From an uncultured Acidimicrobiales bacterium (lineage in GTDB: Bacteria; Actinomycetota; Acidimicrobiia; Acidimicrobiales; UBA10347), in assembly GCA_943788915.1 (NCBI GenBank), contig CALSSD010000010.1, forward strand, positions 558,001 through 622,000: a stretch of DNA of 64,000 nt. Direction: 5' to 3'. Shown here piece by piece: positions 55,125-64,000 of this stretch; the first letter of the stretch is position 1, and each line of letters starts with the position of its first letter. A program made the translations under genes and the position numbers. The notes beneath the pieces are model-generated. The model ran no database searches, was not told the origin of the DNA, and was given only the letters and a program-made list of their open reading frames with translations.

Positions 55125-55166
55125 TGTGAGTCGTAGACCGCGCTACAGCGCGGTCTACGACTCACA
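55125..55166. repeat. 20-bp perfect inverted repeat (terminator or REP-like)
   Basis: TGTGAGTCGTAGACCGCGCT-ac-AGCGCGGTCTACGACTCACA between convergent korB and MFS genes. Confidence 0.85.
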
Positions 55167-55285
55167 GGTCGTTTTGAGGTGTGTCAGAGTCGAACCCTGA
55201 TCTGATTGCTACCAGCTCTACGCCCGGGCTGTCCACGCCAGGAGCAACAGCAGCACCGGTAGCGATGGAGCGATGGAGGGTGCGG

Positions 55286-56476
55286 TTAGTCGCCCTGTTT
55301 GGGCAAACGCAGCGCAGCAACGAGACCGGTCGCGGCCAACGCAGCCGACAGCAGGAAGACAGTCGTGAATGACCCGGTCAGGTCGGCGAGCACGCCGCCG
55401 ATCTGGGGCGAGATCATCTGGGCGACTCCGAAGGCCAGAGTCGCTGCGGCAAACGATGGGCCGTAGTCCTCGACGGTTGTATTCTCGACCACATACAGAG
55501 TGATCATCGATGGGACACCGGCGAACAGCAGCCCGATGACAACGGCCGCCGGCAGGGTGACAGCGAACCAGCCGGGCAAGACAAGCAGCACGACAGCGAT
55601 CCAGCCTGAGAAGGCCAAGGTCAGACCAAGCCGCGAGCCGATTCGTGAAGCGATCGTAATGAACACCGGGCCACCGAACATCATGGCGATACCCACCAGG
55701 GTGAACGCCAGTGAGGCTCGTGAACTGGTCCAGCCGTTGTCATCTTCAAGTTTGGTTGAAAGGAATGCGAGGATCAGCAGATACATGAAACCGAACGAGG
55801 TATAGGCCGACGTGAGCGGCAGCCAGCCCCGCATGCGTTTGAGGGAGCTGAACCCACCGAAGCCGCCTCCGGTGTTCCGGGGCTGCTCTTGGTCATGACC
55901 GATCAAGAAGAACGTGGCTACGAGTACACATGCGGCGACGACAGACAGCACGACGTAGACGGTGCGCCAACTTTCATCGCCTCCTGAGGACCGCACATAA
56001 CTCGTAAGTTGGCTCGCGAAGACGACGCCGAAGCCCATGCCCGACCCCATGAGGCCAATGGCGATGGAGCGCTTCTCCGGTGGCATCGCTGCGGCTGCTA
56101 TGACAGGAGCGGGAATCCAGATAAGAGCGCCGCCAAACCCGGAGCAGAACATAGCGATGCCCACAAACCACACGCCTGGTGCCAGTGCGGCTGTCACGAG
56201 CCCGGTCAAGGCGAAGAGGAAGCCAGTGCGCATGATTGCCAGCAGCTTGTACGAGCTAGCGAATGAGGCCACGGCCAATGTGCCGAGGAGATAAGCGCCG
56301 ACATTCACGGTGGTTAGCGATCCAGCGATGGTGTTTGACAGGTCAAGATCACTGCGTACCGCTGGCAAGACGACGCCAAAAGCGAACCGGCCGAACGATT
56401 GAGCGACACCCGCCGTCGCAGCCATCAGGAAAACCGCAGGCAGGCCCATCGCACGGCGTCGAGTGGCCGTAGCCAT
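55286..56476 (-). CDS. MFS transporter (YbfB/YjiJ-like)
   Basis: FGRFAFGVVLP, about 12 hydrophobic segments, GGVLADLTGSF. Confidence 0.87.
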   Translation of the reverse strand: MATATRRRAMGLPAVFLMAATAGVAQSFGRFAFGVVLPAVRSDLDLSNTIAGSLTTVNVGAYLLGTLAVASFASSYKLLAIMRTGFLFALTGLVTAALAPGVWFVGIAMFCSGFGGALIWIPAPVIAAAAMPPEKRSIAIGLMGSGMGFGVVFASQLTSYVRSSGGDESWRTVYVVLSVVAACVLVATFFLIGHDQEQPRNTGGGFGGFSSLKRMRGWLPLTSAYTSFGFMYLLILAFLSTKLEDDNGWTSSRASLAFTLVGIAMMFGGPVFITIASRIGSRLGLTLAFSGWIAVVLLVLPGWFAVTLPAAVVIGLLFAGVPSMITLYVVENTTVEDYGPSFAAATLAFGVAQMISPQIGGVLADLTGSFTTVFLLSAALAATGLVAALRLPKQGD

Positions 56477-56649
56477 AAGAGTCACAAAGCCTGACGCTAC
56501 TGCGTTGTTGCTCACAGACTGGAACTCTGACGTGCGTCTAGGCGGTGACGCTGCATGAGCGCGATAGGGGAGCGAGATATGAGGAGGGCCAACCATCCGC
56601 GTGAAACGTGTGACACGTTTGCGATGTAGCGTCGCTACTTGGCGACTCG

Positions 56650-57050
56650 TTGCTTCGGGCTGTTCGCTTCTGCAATGAGCAAATCGCGGATAACCGAGCA
56701 TCGGACCTATCCGACGCAGTGCGAAGAGCGGTCGAGGATCACGGCGGGCTGGTCCTCGATTCCCATGGTGTTGGGCCCGTTTCCAGGTTCGTTGAGCCAG
56801 GCAAGGCGAGCGATGCTGGGCCGCGAATGGCCCGAGACGTGCCTTGGTTAGGCATCGGGCTTTCATTCGGGCAAGTCGACGACACCTACGGGATCGGCAC
56901 TGCCGTCATCGAGGCCGCTCGCCTTCCGAAACAAGCGCGGAGCCTGACGAGGTAGTGATGACAGCGCTCGCGGCCGAAACCGCGCCGGGCTCAGATCTGT
57001 CACCGTTCGAAGCTCTCGGCATGCACGAACTGAAGGGCCTGCCTGGTCAC
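56650..57050 (+). pseudogene. Degenerate class III adenylate/guanylate cyclase domain
   Basis: VRRAVEDHGG..., GIGLSFGQV, GTAVIEAARL, frameshift near 56925, then AEPDEVVMT...LGMHELKGLP. Confidence 0.6.
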
Positions 57051-57258
57051 TCGCACACCGTGAAAGCGCTGGTACCAGTGCCCCCACAAGCCTTCTTACG
57101 ACGTGCGAGCAGCGCTTGCCTGCCGGCCTGGAGACTTACTGTGACGACGGCCAACACTTTGATCGAGCAAAGTCTCCCCGCTACGGACCTTGAGAGCACA
57201 ACACGTGCGCGTGCACGTTCAACTGACTTCCTGGCCTAGTGTGGGCGTAGGCCCAGCA

Positions 57259-57402
57259 ATGACGACGGAACAGAGCAGCGAGATGCAAGACGACGTTGAA
57301 CTCACCGAACAAGGTGCCGAGAACAACGACGGCCTCGCTGCCATCGCGATCCTTACCGTGACCGTGGGTCTGATCATCTTGGTCGCGGTTCTACTGCTTT
57401 AG
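57259..57402 (+). CDS. 47-aa tail-anchored small membrane protein
   Basis: Acidic N-terminus plus one C-terminal hydrophobic helix; GC-biased third positions. Confidence 0.55.
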   Translation: MTTEQSSEMQDDVELTEQGAENNDGLAAIAILTVTVGLIILVAVLLL

Positions 57403-57433
57403 GGACTCTCCCGTGGTCAGCGAAACCTCGGCG

Positions 57434-58852
57434 TCAGCGCTCTAGCTCCGCAAGTGCCCGAGCTGCAGCGTTGGCCCCACACATGCCGTGCGCCCCTGCG
57501 CCAGGTGGTGTCGAAGCCGAACAGATGTAGACGCCGGGAACACCAGTTGCATACGGGTTACGGGATACCCGAGGCCGGAACAGCAGTTGGGTGGGCGTCG
57601 ATGCGCCGCCAATGATGTCGCCGCCCACATAGTTTTCGTTGTACACCGACATCTCGGTGGTCGTGCGCACCGCTGTGCCCACGATGCGATCTCGAAAGCC
57701 AGGCGCGAATCGTTCGATCTGATCGATGATTGCCTGGGTGGCATCGCCGGTGTAGCCGTGGGGCACATGGGCGTAGGTCCAGAGGGGGTGGACGTCGCCG
57801 ACCGACCGGCCGGGATCGGCAAGATACTGCTGGGAGACGAGCACGAAGGGCCGGTCTGGCATGACGCCGTTGTGGATGGCTTTCTCGGTGGCCTGCAGCT
57901 CAGCGAACGTTCCACCGAGATGAACAGTGCCCGCTTGGCGAGCGTGATGCGCCGTCCACGGAACACCGTGTTCGATCGCGAAGTCGACCTTGTAAGCGCC
58001 AGGTCCATGTTTGAACCGCCGATAGGAACGGGCGATGCGCTGCGGTAATCGATCACCCAATATCGCCGCAGCACTCGATGGTGAAACATCGAGCATGACC
58101 ACATCGGCAGCAGGTAGGTCGTTGATGGACCGGACCCGGTGACGGGTTTCGATTCGCCCGCGGTGATGTTCGATATCAGCGATCAGAGCATCGGTGATCG
58201 ACTGTGATCCACCTTCGGCCACCACCCAACCCTGGTTGTGGCCTGCAATCACAAGCATCATCCCAACTGCGCTGGTGAGCGGACGGTCGAGACGGTAGTA
58301 CGTGTGGGCCGCCACGCCGCCAAACAACGCTTTGGCCTGGTCAGTGCGAAAGAGGCGAGCCAGAGTGGTTGCAGGTAGTAACGCGGCTGCGCCGAACCGG
58401 GCGAGCAGCAACGGGTGCGAGGGGAACGATGACAGGACCGGGTGCGATGTATCGGCGAACAGGTCACCGAATCGATCCGACATCGATGCGAACAGTTGGT
58501 GCCAACGCTTGCCGTCTAGGCCAAGCGCCTCGACGGTCCGATCGATCGACTGGTGTAGGACTCCGGCTGATCCATCGTCGAGTGGATGTACACAGTCCAC
58601 TGGCGCCGACAACCAGTTGAGGCCATGCGATCCCAGGTCGATTTCATTGAAAAACGGTGACCCAGCGGCGATCTGGTGGACCGCAGAACAATGGTCGTGG
58701 AGCAAGCCGGGCAGGATCTGCTCAGACGTACGAGTGCCGCCGCCAGGAACATCAGCGGCCTCGAGCACGGTCACTTCGAGACCTGCCCGGGCCAGACGGG
58801 CCGCAGCAGCAAGCCCGTTGGGCCCGCTGCCGACAACGATGGCTGATGTCAT
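57434..58852 (-). CDS. Phytoene dehydrogenase-like FAD-dependent oxidoreductase
   Basis: VVGSGPNGLAAA, HDHCSAVH, CSASTPPGAGAHGMCG. Confidence 0.88.
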   Translation of the reverse strand: MTSAIVVGSGPNGLAAAARLARAGLEVTVLEAADVPGGGTRTSEQILPGLLHDHCSAVHQIAAGSPFFNEIDLGSHGLNWLSAPVDCVHPLDDGSAGVLHQSIDRTVEALGLDGKRWHQLFASMSDRFGDLFADTSHPVLSSFPSHPLLLARFGAAALLPATTLARLFRTDQAKALFGGVAAHTYYRLDRPLTSAVGMMLVIAGHNQGWVVAEGGSQSITDALIADIEHHRGRIETRHRVRSINDLPAADVVMLDVSPSSAAAILGDRLPQRIARSYRRFKHGPGAYKVDFAIEHGVPWTAHHARQAGTVHLGGTFAELQATEKAIHNGVMPDRPFVLVSQQYLADPGRSVGDVHPLWTYAHVPHGYTGDATQAIIDQIERFAPGFRDRIVGTAVRTTTEMSVYNENYVGGDIIGGASTPTQLLFRPRVSRNPYATGVPGVYICSASTPPGAGAHGMCGANAAARALAELER

Positions 58853-58853
58853 T

Positions 58854-60647
58854 TCAGGTGCGACCTCCGGAGCCGGGATGCGCGACACCTTGGGGTTCGT
58901 ACCCAGGTAATCGCCAGGTCACCGTATGCGCAATCGGGCCGTTGGGTAACCATGGTTGTTCGTTGTATGCATCGTCATTGTGATACCAGCCCTTCTCAAC
59001 CGTGCCAAGGGCGGCATCGATGACTCGATATTGCACCTTCTTGTCGAATGCTGGCTGGGACTCGGTGAACGCGATGAGTACGTCGCCAGGCTCGTACTGG
59101 CAACGTTCTTGCATCGACGCGATCAAACGCTCATCGAGACAATGGCCATCGCCGAAGTTCCAGCCGGTGAGCACGTTGCTCACGAACTCGCCCTCGCGCT
59201 GCACCCGGTCATCAAGGTCTTCGAGGTGACACATGAGCGCCGAGATGTGCATGCGGCCCATGGGGTGCATCATTCGGAAAGCAACGGCTTTCTGGATGAA
59301 GATCTCGGAGATCTCTTTGCCGAACAACGGCTCGATCTGGTCGATCTGATTGTCAGACGACTTAACGATCCTCTCGTTGATCCGGTCTTCCATGGACTTG
59401 TCACGGAACGAAAACGTGGCTGCGGACCAGTTGCCTGCGTACTGTTTCATCCCCACGAGGAACGACACGTACTGGGGTCTGAGCGCCCCCAGGATGATGG
59501 GGGAGAGTGCCGCGATCACCACGATCACCAGCAGTGTCGGATCCATATCGCCGATGCCATAACCCTCGCCAGCATGGAAGTTCGAGAACAGAAATCCAGC
59601 GCAGAAGATGAAGAACACATTCCACTCAAGCGGGACCGCCAGTGGGAACGTGGAGATGATGAAGGTGTGTAGCGCCCAAATTGAGACGATGGCAATCCAA
59701 GTCGCCCACCGCCACGGTGCAAACAACAAGATGAGAGGCATCACGATTTCGCAGGTCGTGCCGCCGATATGGGCCAGCAGATGGGTCGTTCGTGACGGTC
59801 GTAGGTCGTTGGGGTAGTCCTTGACGGTTGCTTCGCGGAATCGTTGCGAGGTCACCCACGGTGTGTTCTGAACCATGATGGCGACGGTTGATGAGAAGCC
59901 GTGCTGCAGTTTCGAGAAACCAGCACCCATCCATACGACGACAATAAAGATCTTGGCCGCAATGACCATGTCGACGAAGTTTGAGAAGAGAGCGAAACAC
60001 AGCAGCGTGGGTACGTATTGCTCAGAACGAGCTGACAAGAAGACGATCTTGTCGCGTAATCCCATGGTCAAGATGAGGCCGCAGTAGATCAAGATCGCCC
60101 ACTGGGGCATGATGCCAGCGCGGCCGTCGGGTAGGCCATCGATTGGGTCACCGGACAAGAACAGCATCAGTATGAGGCTGGCCAGGATCAGCTTGTACAA
60201 CCCGGTGTCCCACGGAGTGCGGCGGCCGCCTGAAGTCAATGGCACATGATTGGGATACGGCGGCACTCGCAACGTATCGTTCTGCCACCAATAGAGGATT
60301 CCTCCGATCGGCGGGTCGAAATGGAAGGCGAGCGGACCACACGTTGCAGCCAGCCCCATGACCTCCAGCAGGATCGTCCAGATCATCAACTTCTGGTACA
60401 GGATGGGCTCGTCCCACCAGCCGCCGATGTCGTCGAACTCCAGACCAGCGGTGAATGCACCCGCGAAGATCAGCCCGAAGAGCGCGTAGAGAAAGATCTT
60501 CCACGCGTAGAACGTGCCGGTCTGTTTTGGTGTGCCGAAACCTTCCTTGACCCAGTGCAGTTGCAGCAGTTTCATCCGCTCGAAGAACGGGATGTCAGCG
60601 AACTCGTCTAGATCAACGTCGGGTAACTCAGCGGTTCTATACCCCAT
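58854..60647 (-). CDS. Multi-pass membrane protein, DUF3556-like
   Basis: HWVKEGFGTP, GPLAFHFDPP.GG, FPLAVPLEWN, MKQYAGNW, GWNFGDGH. Confidence 0.8.
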   Translation of the reverse strand: MGYRTAELPDVDLDEFADIPFFERMKLLQLHWVKEGFGTPKQTGTFYAWKIFLYALFGLIFAGAFTAGLEFDDIGGWWDEPILYQKLMIWTILLEVMGLAATCGPLAFHFDPPIGGILYWWQNDTLRVPPYPNHVPLTSGGRRTPWDTGLYKLILASLILMLFLSGDPIDGLPDGRAGIMPQWAILIYCGLILTMGLRDKIVFLSARSEQYVPTLLCFALFSNFVDMVIAAKIFIVVVWMGAGFSKLQHGFSSTVAIMVQNTPWVTSQRFREATVKDYPNDLRPSRTTHLLAHIGGTTCEIVMPLILLFAPWRWATWIAIVSIWALHTFIISTFPLAVPLEWNVFFIFCAGFLFSNFHAGEGYGIGDMDPTLLVIVVIAALSPIILGALRPQYVSFLVGMKQYAGNWSAATFSFRDKSMEDRINERIVKSSDNQIDQIEPLFGKEISEIFIQKAVAFRMMHPMGRMHISALMCHLEDLDDRVQREGEFVSNVLTGWNFGDGHCLDERLIASMQERCQYEPGDVLIAFTESQPAFDKKVQYRVIDAALGTVEKGWYHNDDAYNEQPWLPNGPIAHTVTWRLPGYEPQGVAHPGSGGRT

Positions 60648-60650
60648 CAG

Positions 60651-61553
60651 CTATCTCCTCTTCTGTCGTTCTTGGTTGTCGCGGCGGCGTTGTTCTACGT
60701 CGAAGTAGTAGTCATCGTCGGCCTCGGATCTGGTCGAGACGAGCTTTCCGGTCAGTCGGGAAATCTCGCGTTCTCGGACTCGCTGGCGCCGCCAGACCTT
60801 GCGTCGGTCAAAGCGACGTTTCCGCTCGATGTGATCTTCTTCGGTTTCGGAGGTACCACTGAGGTAGGTCTCTTCGATCTCGTCGATACGGATCATTGCC
60901 TCGTCTGCCGGAAGTTCGAGCAGGATCTGGCCCCGGGCCATCAGGTACATGCGGTCGCTGTATTTGAGTGCCTTCCGGGCGTGTTGCTCAACGATGAGAG
61001 CGCCGGTGCCGTTGTTGTCGGCGGCGTCGCGGACAGCCCCGAGCAGCCGGTCCACGATCTTGGGTGCAAGTCCAAGTGAAAGTTCGTCGGCGAGAAGCAG
61101 CGAGGGGTTACGGCTGAGCGCACGGGCCAGAGCGAGCATCTGTTGCTCGCCCCCCGAGAGCATTCCGCCTCGCACTGATAACCGCGGTTCGAGTTCGGGG
61201 AACAGCTCGAGCGCCTTGTCGACGGAGCCGCCGCCGACCCGCAAATTGTCGCGGGCACTCATCTTGGTAAAGACGAGTCGCTCTTCGGTCACCAGGCCAA
61301 TACCACCGGTGCGCACCCTTTGGTGCATAGGCGTATAGGTCGGCACATTGTTGAAGAGCACAACACCATCGACCGGTTCGAGTTCGCCCGCAATGGTCAA
61401 CAACGTGGTCGATTTGCCGGCACCGTTTGGGCCGAGCAGGCACACCACCTCGCCCTTCTGTACGGAGAGGTTGACTGCCCGAACGACTTCTCTGCCGTAA
61501 TATCCCGCCTTCAGAAGACGTGTTTGCAGCAGCGGCCTGGTGGTAGTCGTCAT
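60651..61553 (-). CDS. Branched-chain amino acid-type ABC ATPase (LivF-like) with charged C-terminal extension
   Basis: [29 protein letters not shown]. Confidence 0.9.
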   Translation of the reverse strand: MTTTTRPLLQTRLLKAGYYGREVVRAVNLSVQKGEVVCLLGPNGAGKSTTLLTIAGELEPVDGVVLFNNVPTYTPMHQRVRTGGIGLVTEERLVFTKMSARDNLRVGGGSVDKALELFPELEPRLSVRGGMLSGGEQQMLALARALSRNPSLLLADELSLGLAPKIVDRLLGAVRDAADNNGTGALIVEQHARKALKYSDRMYLMARGQILLELPADEAMIRIDEIEETYLSGTSETEEDHIERKRRFDRRKVWRRQRVREREISRLTGKLVSTRSEADDDYYFDVEQRRRDNQERQKRR

Positions 61554-64000
61554 GCGCCACCTCGAGCGGTTGCTACTGATGCCGCGGTGGTGTGGTCGCC
61601 ATCGCGTTGCATTGCGTCGACGTCATCGTCGTCGGTGGTGGTGTCCTCGTCGGTCTCGTCGCCGAGATAGGCGGCGATCACTGCAGGATTCGACCGGATG
61701 TCTTCGGGGGGACCGGCGGCGATGAGGTTGCCGAAGTCCAGCACCATCACTTGGTCACACACGCCCATGACGAAGTTCATGTCATGTTCGACCACCAGAA
61801 CTGCCATGCCCCATTCTTCGGCAAGGCGACGGACAACAACTGCCAGTTCCTCGCTCTCGGAGGAACTGAGTCCAGCCGCTGGTTCGTCGAGCATGAGAAT
61901 GCTTGGATGCATGGCCACGGCCCGTGCGATTGCCAGGAGACGCCGCTTGCCATAGGACAGATCCTTGACGTCGCGGTGGAGGTCATGGTCGAGTTGGAAC
62001 TCAACGATGGCACGCACGACCTCGGGAGGAAACGGCGGGTTAACCGGCCAAACCAAGTCACGGAGGTAGGAACGAAGGTCCTGGGGATCAGCCGCCACGC
62101 TCAGGTTCTCGAAGACCGTGGAGTCTTCGAAGAGTTCAAGCGATTGGAATGATCGAGCTACCCCAGATCGGGCCCGGCGGGTGGGAGACAATTTGGAAAT
62201 GTCAAGGTCATCGACAAGCACGCTGCCTTCGGCGGCGGCAAAGCCACTGATGGCATCGATGAGCGATGTCTTGCCTGCGCCGTTCGGGCCGATCAGGCCG
62301 GTGACCGTGCCCGGCCTGAGTTCGTAGCTGACGTTGTTTACTGCGGTGACAGCGCCATAGGTGACCGTCAGGCCATCGATAGTTAACGCTCGGGGTGGCA
62401 CCTGGGTCTCGTCGGCAGTTGCACTGAGGTCCGCAACATCTTCAAGCCTGATGACGTAGGGCCGGCCCCATTTCTTCGACTTCTTGAAGAGGCGGAATAT
62501 TTTCACCCACTCGGCAGCGACGCCGTCCTGATACCCGAGCACAGTCAACAGGATTGCGATACCGCTGATCAGCTGGGTCCAACGACCGACACCGCCCCAG
62601 GTGGATTCGAGAATCTCCTGGTTGAAACCCGCTGTGGCCATCGTTGCTCCAACGAACGCGCCCAAGAGATGTCCCACCCCACCAACGAGTGCGAGACCGG
62701 CGTAGGTGATCGATGTGAAACTGGTGAACGACTGATAGCTGATCGAGCTGAGCCGGAACGCCAACAAGATCCCGCCGAGTGCGGCAAGTGCAGCAGCGAA
62801 CGCAAAGGCGAAGAGTTTGGCCCTGAGCACGTCGATCCCCAGTGCGGCTGCGGCTCGCTCGTTCGTTCGAACAGCGATGAGTCGGCGACCACTCCGACCC
62901 CGACGTACGTTGGAGACCATCCACACCGCGATTACGGCCATGGCAAGCACAAATATGCCGTAACGCTCCGGGTACCTGATCGAACTGATGTCGTAGCCAA
63001 ACAGATCAGGGTTACCGACCTGGGTGCCCCGAACGCCGCCGGTGTAACTGCGGTTGCGGAACAGCATGAGCTCCATGGTCGTGCCCAACCCAAGCGTAAC
63101 GATGGCCAGGTTGATGCCCCGGGTTCGAACCGCAGGGAGGGCGAAGAGCAGACCGAGTGGCACTGCTGCTGAAACCCCTGCTACCAGCCCGAGCAGGAAA
63201 GGAATGTCGTAGACCGCGACCAGGCGACCGGCGACAAAGGCGCCGAAACCCGCGATCGTGTATTGCGCCAGAGACAGTTGGCCTGCGTAACCGGTGAGCA
63301 CAACGATTGATAACAACACGATTGCGACACCAAGAGACACGGTCAGGGCGTCGATCCATTTGGCGTCCTTGGTGAGCATCAAGAAGACGATGACGCCGCA
63401 GCCGAAGATGGTCCAGTCCCATGACATTCGACCGTTGCCCAGCATCGGCTGTTGTTTGAGGAAGTAGTCGCGCAGCGGCAACGACCGGCCTCGGAAGACC
63501 AGCACCGCAATGATGATCAGAAAGGGAAGGGATGCGCCCAAGCCCTGCTGGTCGATGAAGCGGCTCACGAGTGTTTGCGCGATCCCGAGCCCGAGACCGG
63601 CCGCGGTTGCGATGGGGAAGGAGCGGAAATCGCCAACGAGTGCGCTGGCCAGCGCGGCGAGGACCAACGAGGTCATGGCTGCGACCTGCAAGGTGATGAT
63701 AGGCACGACCAGAATGCCTGCGATTGCAGCAATGGCCGAGCCGAGTGCCCAGTTCAGCGTCGCGATGCGGTTGGGGGATAAACCAATCGCCGATGCCGAG
63801 CGTTCGCTTTCAGACACCGCCTCGGTAGCAAGCCCGAACTGGCTCGACCGATACAACGCCCACAGAGCGGTGGCGGACGCAACAGCGATACCCAGCAGTA
63901 TCAGGCGGTCAACAAAGATGTCGACGTCACCCCACAGTGTGAACCGATTATTAGGCAGCCAGCTGTCCACCTGACGGGGCTGCGAGCCATAACGAATGAC
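61550..64000 (-). CDS. Fused branched-chain ABC permease-permease-ATPase (LivH-LivM-LivG-like), 5' end beyond window
   Basis: TM region with GYAGQLSLAQ and AVRTNERAA, then GPNGAGKT, LSYGKRR, DEPAAG, VEHDM. Confidence 0.9.
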   Translation of the reverse strand, partial: VIRYGSQPRQVDSWLPNNRFTLWGDVDIFVDRLILLGIAVASATALWALYRSSQFGLATEAVSESERSASAIGLSPNRIATLNWALGSAIAAIAGILVVPIITLQVAAMTSLVLAALASALVGDFRSFPIATAAGLGLGIAQTLVSRFIDQQGLGASLPFLIIIAVLVFRGRSLPLRDYFLKQQPMLGNGRMSWDWTIFGCGVIVFLMLTKDAKWIDALTVSLGVAIVLLSIVVLTGYAGQLSLAQYTIAGFGAFVAGRLVAVYDIPFLLGLVAGVSAAVPLGLLFALPAVRTRGINLAIVTLGLGTTMELMLFRNRSYTGGVRGTQVGNPDLFGYDISSIRYPERYGIFVLAMAVIAVWMVSNVRRGRSGRRLIAVRTNERAAAALGIDVLRAKLFAFAFAAALAALGGILLAFRLSSISYQSFTSFTSITYAGLALVGGVGHLLGAFVGATMATAGFNQEILESTWGGVGRWTQLISGIAILLTVLGYQDGVAAEWVKIFRLFKKSKKWGRPYVIRLEDVADLSATADETQVPPRALTIDGLTVTYGAVTAVNNVSYELRPGTVTGLIGPNGAGKTSLIDAISGFAAAEGSVLVDDLDISKLSPTRRARSGVARSFQSLELFEDSTVFENLSVAADPQDLRSYLRDLVWPVNPPFPPEVVRAIVEFQLDHDLHRDVKDLSYGKRRLLAIARAVAMHPSILMLDEPAAGLSSSESEELAVVVRRLAEEWGMAVLVVEHDMNFVMGVCDQVMVLDFGNLIAAGPPEDIRSNPAVIAAYLGDETDEDTTTDDDDVDAMQRDGDHTTAASVATARGGA

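Overview
High-GC actinobacterial chromosome segment, most consistent with class Acidimicrobiia (16S/23S features and gene content; inference, no search run). Mostly core genome: ftsX followed by a Cys-rich M23 peptidase, ssrA-smpB, mec-murI-MBL-rph-rdgB, gmk-rpoZ-coaBC-metK-priA, def-fmt-rsmB-moaB-ribD, a complete tRNA-less 16S-23S-5S operon, and korAB. Accessory metabolic genes include a BMP-family nucleoside ABC importer with a PHYHD1-like dioxygenase next to a mycothiol-type formaldehyde dehydrogenase, an oxidoreductase-SelD fusion, a diiron oxygenase, and a Liv-type ABC/DUF3556/FAD-oxidoreductase operon. Many single-base indels, mostly extra bases in C/G runs and concentrated at 7-11 kb, suggest long-read consensus errors. 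No CRISPR, integrase, transposase or tRNA gene was seen. Best leads: (1) a candidate module for modified-nucleoside import, oxidative demethylation and formaldehyde detoxification (3-11.5 kb); (2) an FtsX-linked M23 hydrolase carrying about eight EGF-like two-Cys repeats.
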